DNA of 58,425 bases from Deltaproteobacteria bacterium TL4. GTDB taxonomy: Bacteria; SAR324; NAC60-12. Location: the NCBI GenBank assembly GCA_051382335.1, contig JBBCAX010000038.1:1-58425 (forward strand). The letters are read 5' to 3'. Below, in pieces: positions 55,812 to 58,425 of this stretch. How positions within the stretch are numbered: position 1 is the stretch's first letter; each line of letters opens with the position of its first letter. The notes beneath the pieces were generated by a model. The model saw only the letters and a list, made by a program, of their open reading frames with translations. It was not told the DNA's origin and made no database searches. The translations under genes were made by a program, and so were the position numbers.

Positions 55812-58178
55812 TTAAATTTTGGAAGTTTCATTACCATCATCCCCAATGATAAACAGCATCGCCGGTAAAAGGAATAAATCCGCAATACTTGCTACAACAA
55901 TAATCACTCCTCCCAACAAAGCGAAATGTACCAGCGGCATAAAATGAGCCAGCAGATTGATACTGAATCCAAAAAATAAAATTACGGAGGTGAAAATGAT
56001 GGCTCGCCCCGCATCGCTTAACGCAAAGTATATGGACTCTTTACGAGAATATCCTTCTCGTCTGCCACGACTATAACGAGTCATCATATGCATGGTATCA
56101 TCCACAGCGATTCCAAAGGTTAAGGAGGCGATAACCATGGTACTGAAATTGAGGAAAATTCCAAAAATACTCATCACGCCTCCGGCAAAAGCAATCGGGA
56201 ATAAGGAAGGGAGGAGCGCAATCATCCCATACTTGAAGGAATGAAGGAGCAAGAAAAAACACAAAAGAATGATCACCAAGGCGATGGAAAAAGATTGTCC
56301 TAAACCACTAATAACATAGCGATCCTTACTGCTGTCCAATACCGCTTCCCCTGTAATCACTGTCTTAAATCCAGGGAAGGCCTTCTTTAGTTCATGTCTG
56401 ATAATTTCAATTTGCTGAGACATCACCAGTGAAGAAACATAACGTTGAGGAACCTCCAATTTTATATATCGTCCCTCAAGACTGACTAAATCCCTTAAGT
56501 TTTGTCTCGGATTGGAGTCTTGATAAAGTTGGACGTAGCGATCCAGGGTGCTCGCGGATTCAGAAATGGTATAATAAGCAGAGTCATTGTGATGCATGAT
56601 TTTGTTGATGTATCGAACATAGTTTACCACAGATTGAACCTTGCCTGTCAGTTCGAGGCTTTCTAAAAAATCCTGTAGTTGAGCCAAGCGTTTCAGAAGA
56701 TTTAAAAACTCTGCTTCTTTCGCGCCTTTAGTATCGATAACGATAATCAAGCCGCCTGTATTTTTGTAATGCTGATCAAAGTACTCTAAATCTTTTCGTA
56801 TGCTTGATGACGGTTTGAAATAATGCTTATAACTGGAGTCTGTCGTTACTTGCAAACTCAGCATCACCACAACTACAAAAATACAAGCGCAGGTGAACAT
56901 AATCAGCCGGTTATACTTAAAGGTAAATTCCGTTATCCAGTGAGCGAAGGCTTTTTGATTTGAGTATTGGTTGGGATTTTTGATGACGGATGACGTTAAG
57001 CTTAAGATTGCAGGAAGAGTCGATACGGAAAATACAAAGGCGGCAAACACGCCCACTGACGCAATAAATCCATATTCTCTCAGCGGTGCTAAACGGGTCA
57101 CCGTAATAGCCAAAAACCCCACACTCGTCGTCAGTGACGTGTAAAAACAGGGAACAAACAGCTCTTTCATAGATTCGACAGAAGCCTTTTGAGCTGAGTA
57201 TCCCTGATGGCGAAATTGATAAAACTCCGATATGATATGAATGGAGTCCCCCACGCCAGACGCAATTAATAACCCGAAAAGGCTGGGTGTATTCAGTATG
57301 TTTTGACGCCATCCCATCAAACCAATAAAACCATACGTAACCGCCAAGGAGGATAACACCACCATCATAGGGCACAGCACTCCCAGTTTCGTTCGGAAGG
57401 TAGCAAAGAGGAGGATCAAGAGCAATACGATCATCAGAGGCTGTATGATGGACCGGTCCAACTCATTAATTTCCTGAATCTCTCCATATAACGCGCTGGT
57501 TCCTGTCAAATGAAGTGTGTATCCCCGTTGCCTGTAGCCTTTTTTCTCAATAAAGGCCTGAAGTTTTTTGAAGAGTTTTAAATGGTGGTCAAAAGATTCA
57601 TTAGTGTAGACAATTTTGGCAACAATCAACGTATGCCGAAGATCTTTGGTAATGAGTGTTCCGTGAATCTGCTCTTCTTCGGACATAATTTTTACCAGTT
57701 CATCAACCGTCTGTTTGGTTTCCTGCCATTGTTCCAGATCCTCAATCAACTCTCTGGCGATAATTTGCCCGTTCTCATACCTCATATACTGATAGTTACT
57801 GAGGGATGTGACTTTACTCACAAAATCCTGCTGCTCCAGGAAATCCGATAATTCTTTGATGAGGATCAACGTTTCTTTACAAAATAAATCGATATCTTGA
57901 GGTCGGGCTTCAACGCCAATGGCGAAAGATTGGTGATCTCCAAATTGATAGTTTGTTTCCTCATAGTGCTTCAAATTGGGATCATTTTCCAGAAACCACA
58001 TTTCGTTAGAGTTATCAAACTCCAAGTTAAAAATCGGATACATCATGGCACCCACCAAAAGGACGCTTAGTCCAATCACCCACCAACGGAAACGGACAAC
58101 ACCCAGGGCCCAATAGTGAATCGTACGTCCGATAGCCGATAGAATTTTTTGGTTGTAAAAGATTTTTAGCCTTCGCAT
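55812..58178 (-). CDS. MMPL/RND-family transporter
   Basis: Two repeats of a periplasmic loop plus TM bundle. GVGDSIH, TSLTTSVGF, GIAVDDTMH, GRAIIFTS. Confidence 0.88.
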   Translation of the reverse strand: MRRLKIFYNQKILSAIGRTIHYWALGVVRFRWWVIGLSVLLVGAMMYPIFNLEFDNSNEMWFLENDPNLKHYEETNYQFGDHQSFAIGVEARPQDIDLFCKETLILIKELSDFLEQQDFVSKVTSLSNYQYMRYENGQIIARELIEDLEQWQETKQTVDELVKIMSEEEQIHGTLITKDLRHTLIVAKIVYTNESFDHHLKLFKKLQAFIEKKGYRQRGYTLHLTGTSALYGEIQEINELDRSIIQPLMIVLLLILLFATFRTKLGVLCPMMVVLSSLAVTYGFIGLMGWRQNILNTPSLFGLLIASGVGDSIHIISEFYQFRHQGYSAQKASVESMKELFVPCFYTSLTTSVGFLAITVTRLAPLREYGFIASVGVFAAFVFSVSTLPAILSLTSSVIKNPNQYSNQKAFAHWITEFTFKYNRLIMFTCACIFVVVVMLSLQVTTDSSYKHYFKPSSSIRKDLEYFDQHYKNTGGLIIVIDTKGAKEAEFLNLLKRLAQLQDFLESLELTGKVQSVVNYVRYINKIMHHNDSAYYTISESASTLDRYVQLYQDSNPRQNLRDLVSLEGRYIKLEVPQRYVSSLVMSQQIEIIRHELKKAFPGFKTVITGEAVLDSSKDRYVISGLGQSFSIALVIILLCFFLLLHSFKYGMIALLPSLFPIAFAGGVMSIFGIFLNFSTMVIASLTFGIAVDDTMHMMTRYSRGRREGYSRKESIYFALSDAGRAIIFTSVILFFGFSINLLAHFMPLVHFALLGGVIIVVASIADLFLLPAMLFIIGDDGNETSKI

Positions 58179-58265
58179 AAATTCAGAATCCTCAGGTGAA
58201 AGTTATTTTGGAAAAGAACGTCACGGTCCTCCTTCTACATTTCATAACAAATTCAATGAGCTTTT

Positions 58266-58425
58266 GGGCACCTTTCAAAAATGCTGAATTTTAGTTTACA
58301 GTTTGTCGTTCCATCCGTTGAGATGTCATTCCCGCGAACGCGGGAATCCAGCGCCCTGTATCGAAGACTGGATTCCCGCCTACGCGGGAATGACAACAAA
58401 GTGTAAACTACTTTTGAAAGGTCCC
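58266..58425. repeat. nested palindromic element (GTCATTCCCGCG..GCGGGAATCC pair inside outer inverted repeats)
   Basis: Inner TGTCATTCCCGCGAACGCGGGAATCCAG ... CTGGATTCCCGCCTACGCGGGAATGACA. Outer ACCTTTCAAAA/TTTTGAAAGGT and TAGTTTACA/TGTAAACTA. Confidence 0.8.

Overview
This is 58.4 kb of a moderately AT-rich Gram-negative bacterial chromosome. The gene repertoire suggests a deltaproteobacterium-like lineage such as SAR324 (inference only). The housekeeping backbone includes cheY, argA, lepB, map, sat, hflK, a ccoS-ccoNO-Q-P-G-H cbb3 oxidase operon, an acyl/glutaryl-CoA dehydrogenase, a ClC transporter and an MMPL transporter. The most structured accessory region is 35.5-42.3 kb. There a ~690-bp direct repeat (5' part of a polysaccharide-deacetylase gene, ~95% identical copies, mostly synonymous differences) brackets a ~5.4-kb cargo. 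The cargo holds (i) a headless outer-membrane barrel gene, fused in frame to the deacetylase stub and split by a 181-bp IS4-like MITE with a 10-bp target duplication, and (ii) a 1165-aa surface lipoprotein with two DUF1566/Lcl-type domains whose ends look like DGR variable regions. No reverse transcriptase or template repeat is present in the window. Other uncharacterised loci: an operon of three paralogous TPR-tailed lipoproteins; a divergent DUF445 pair next to a 25-residue amphipathic repeat protein; a hemerythrin/DUF2249/His-rich membrane protein operon; a His-to-Gln PTS EIIA-HTH protein overlapping a ClC gene; and several unrelated palindromic repeat families, two nested inside MITE-like envelopes. 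No rRNA, tRNA or CRISPR array was seen. All family assignments come from reading motifs by eye, not from database searches.
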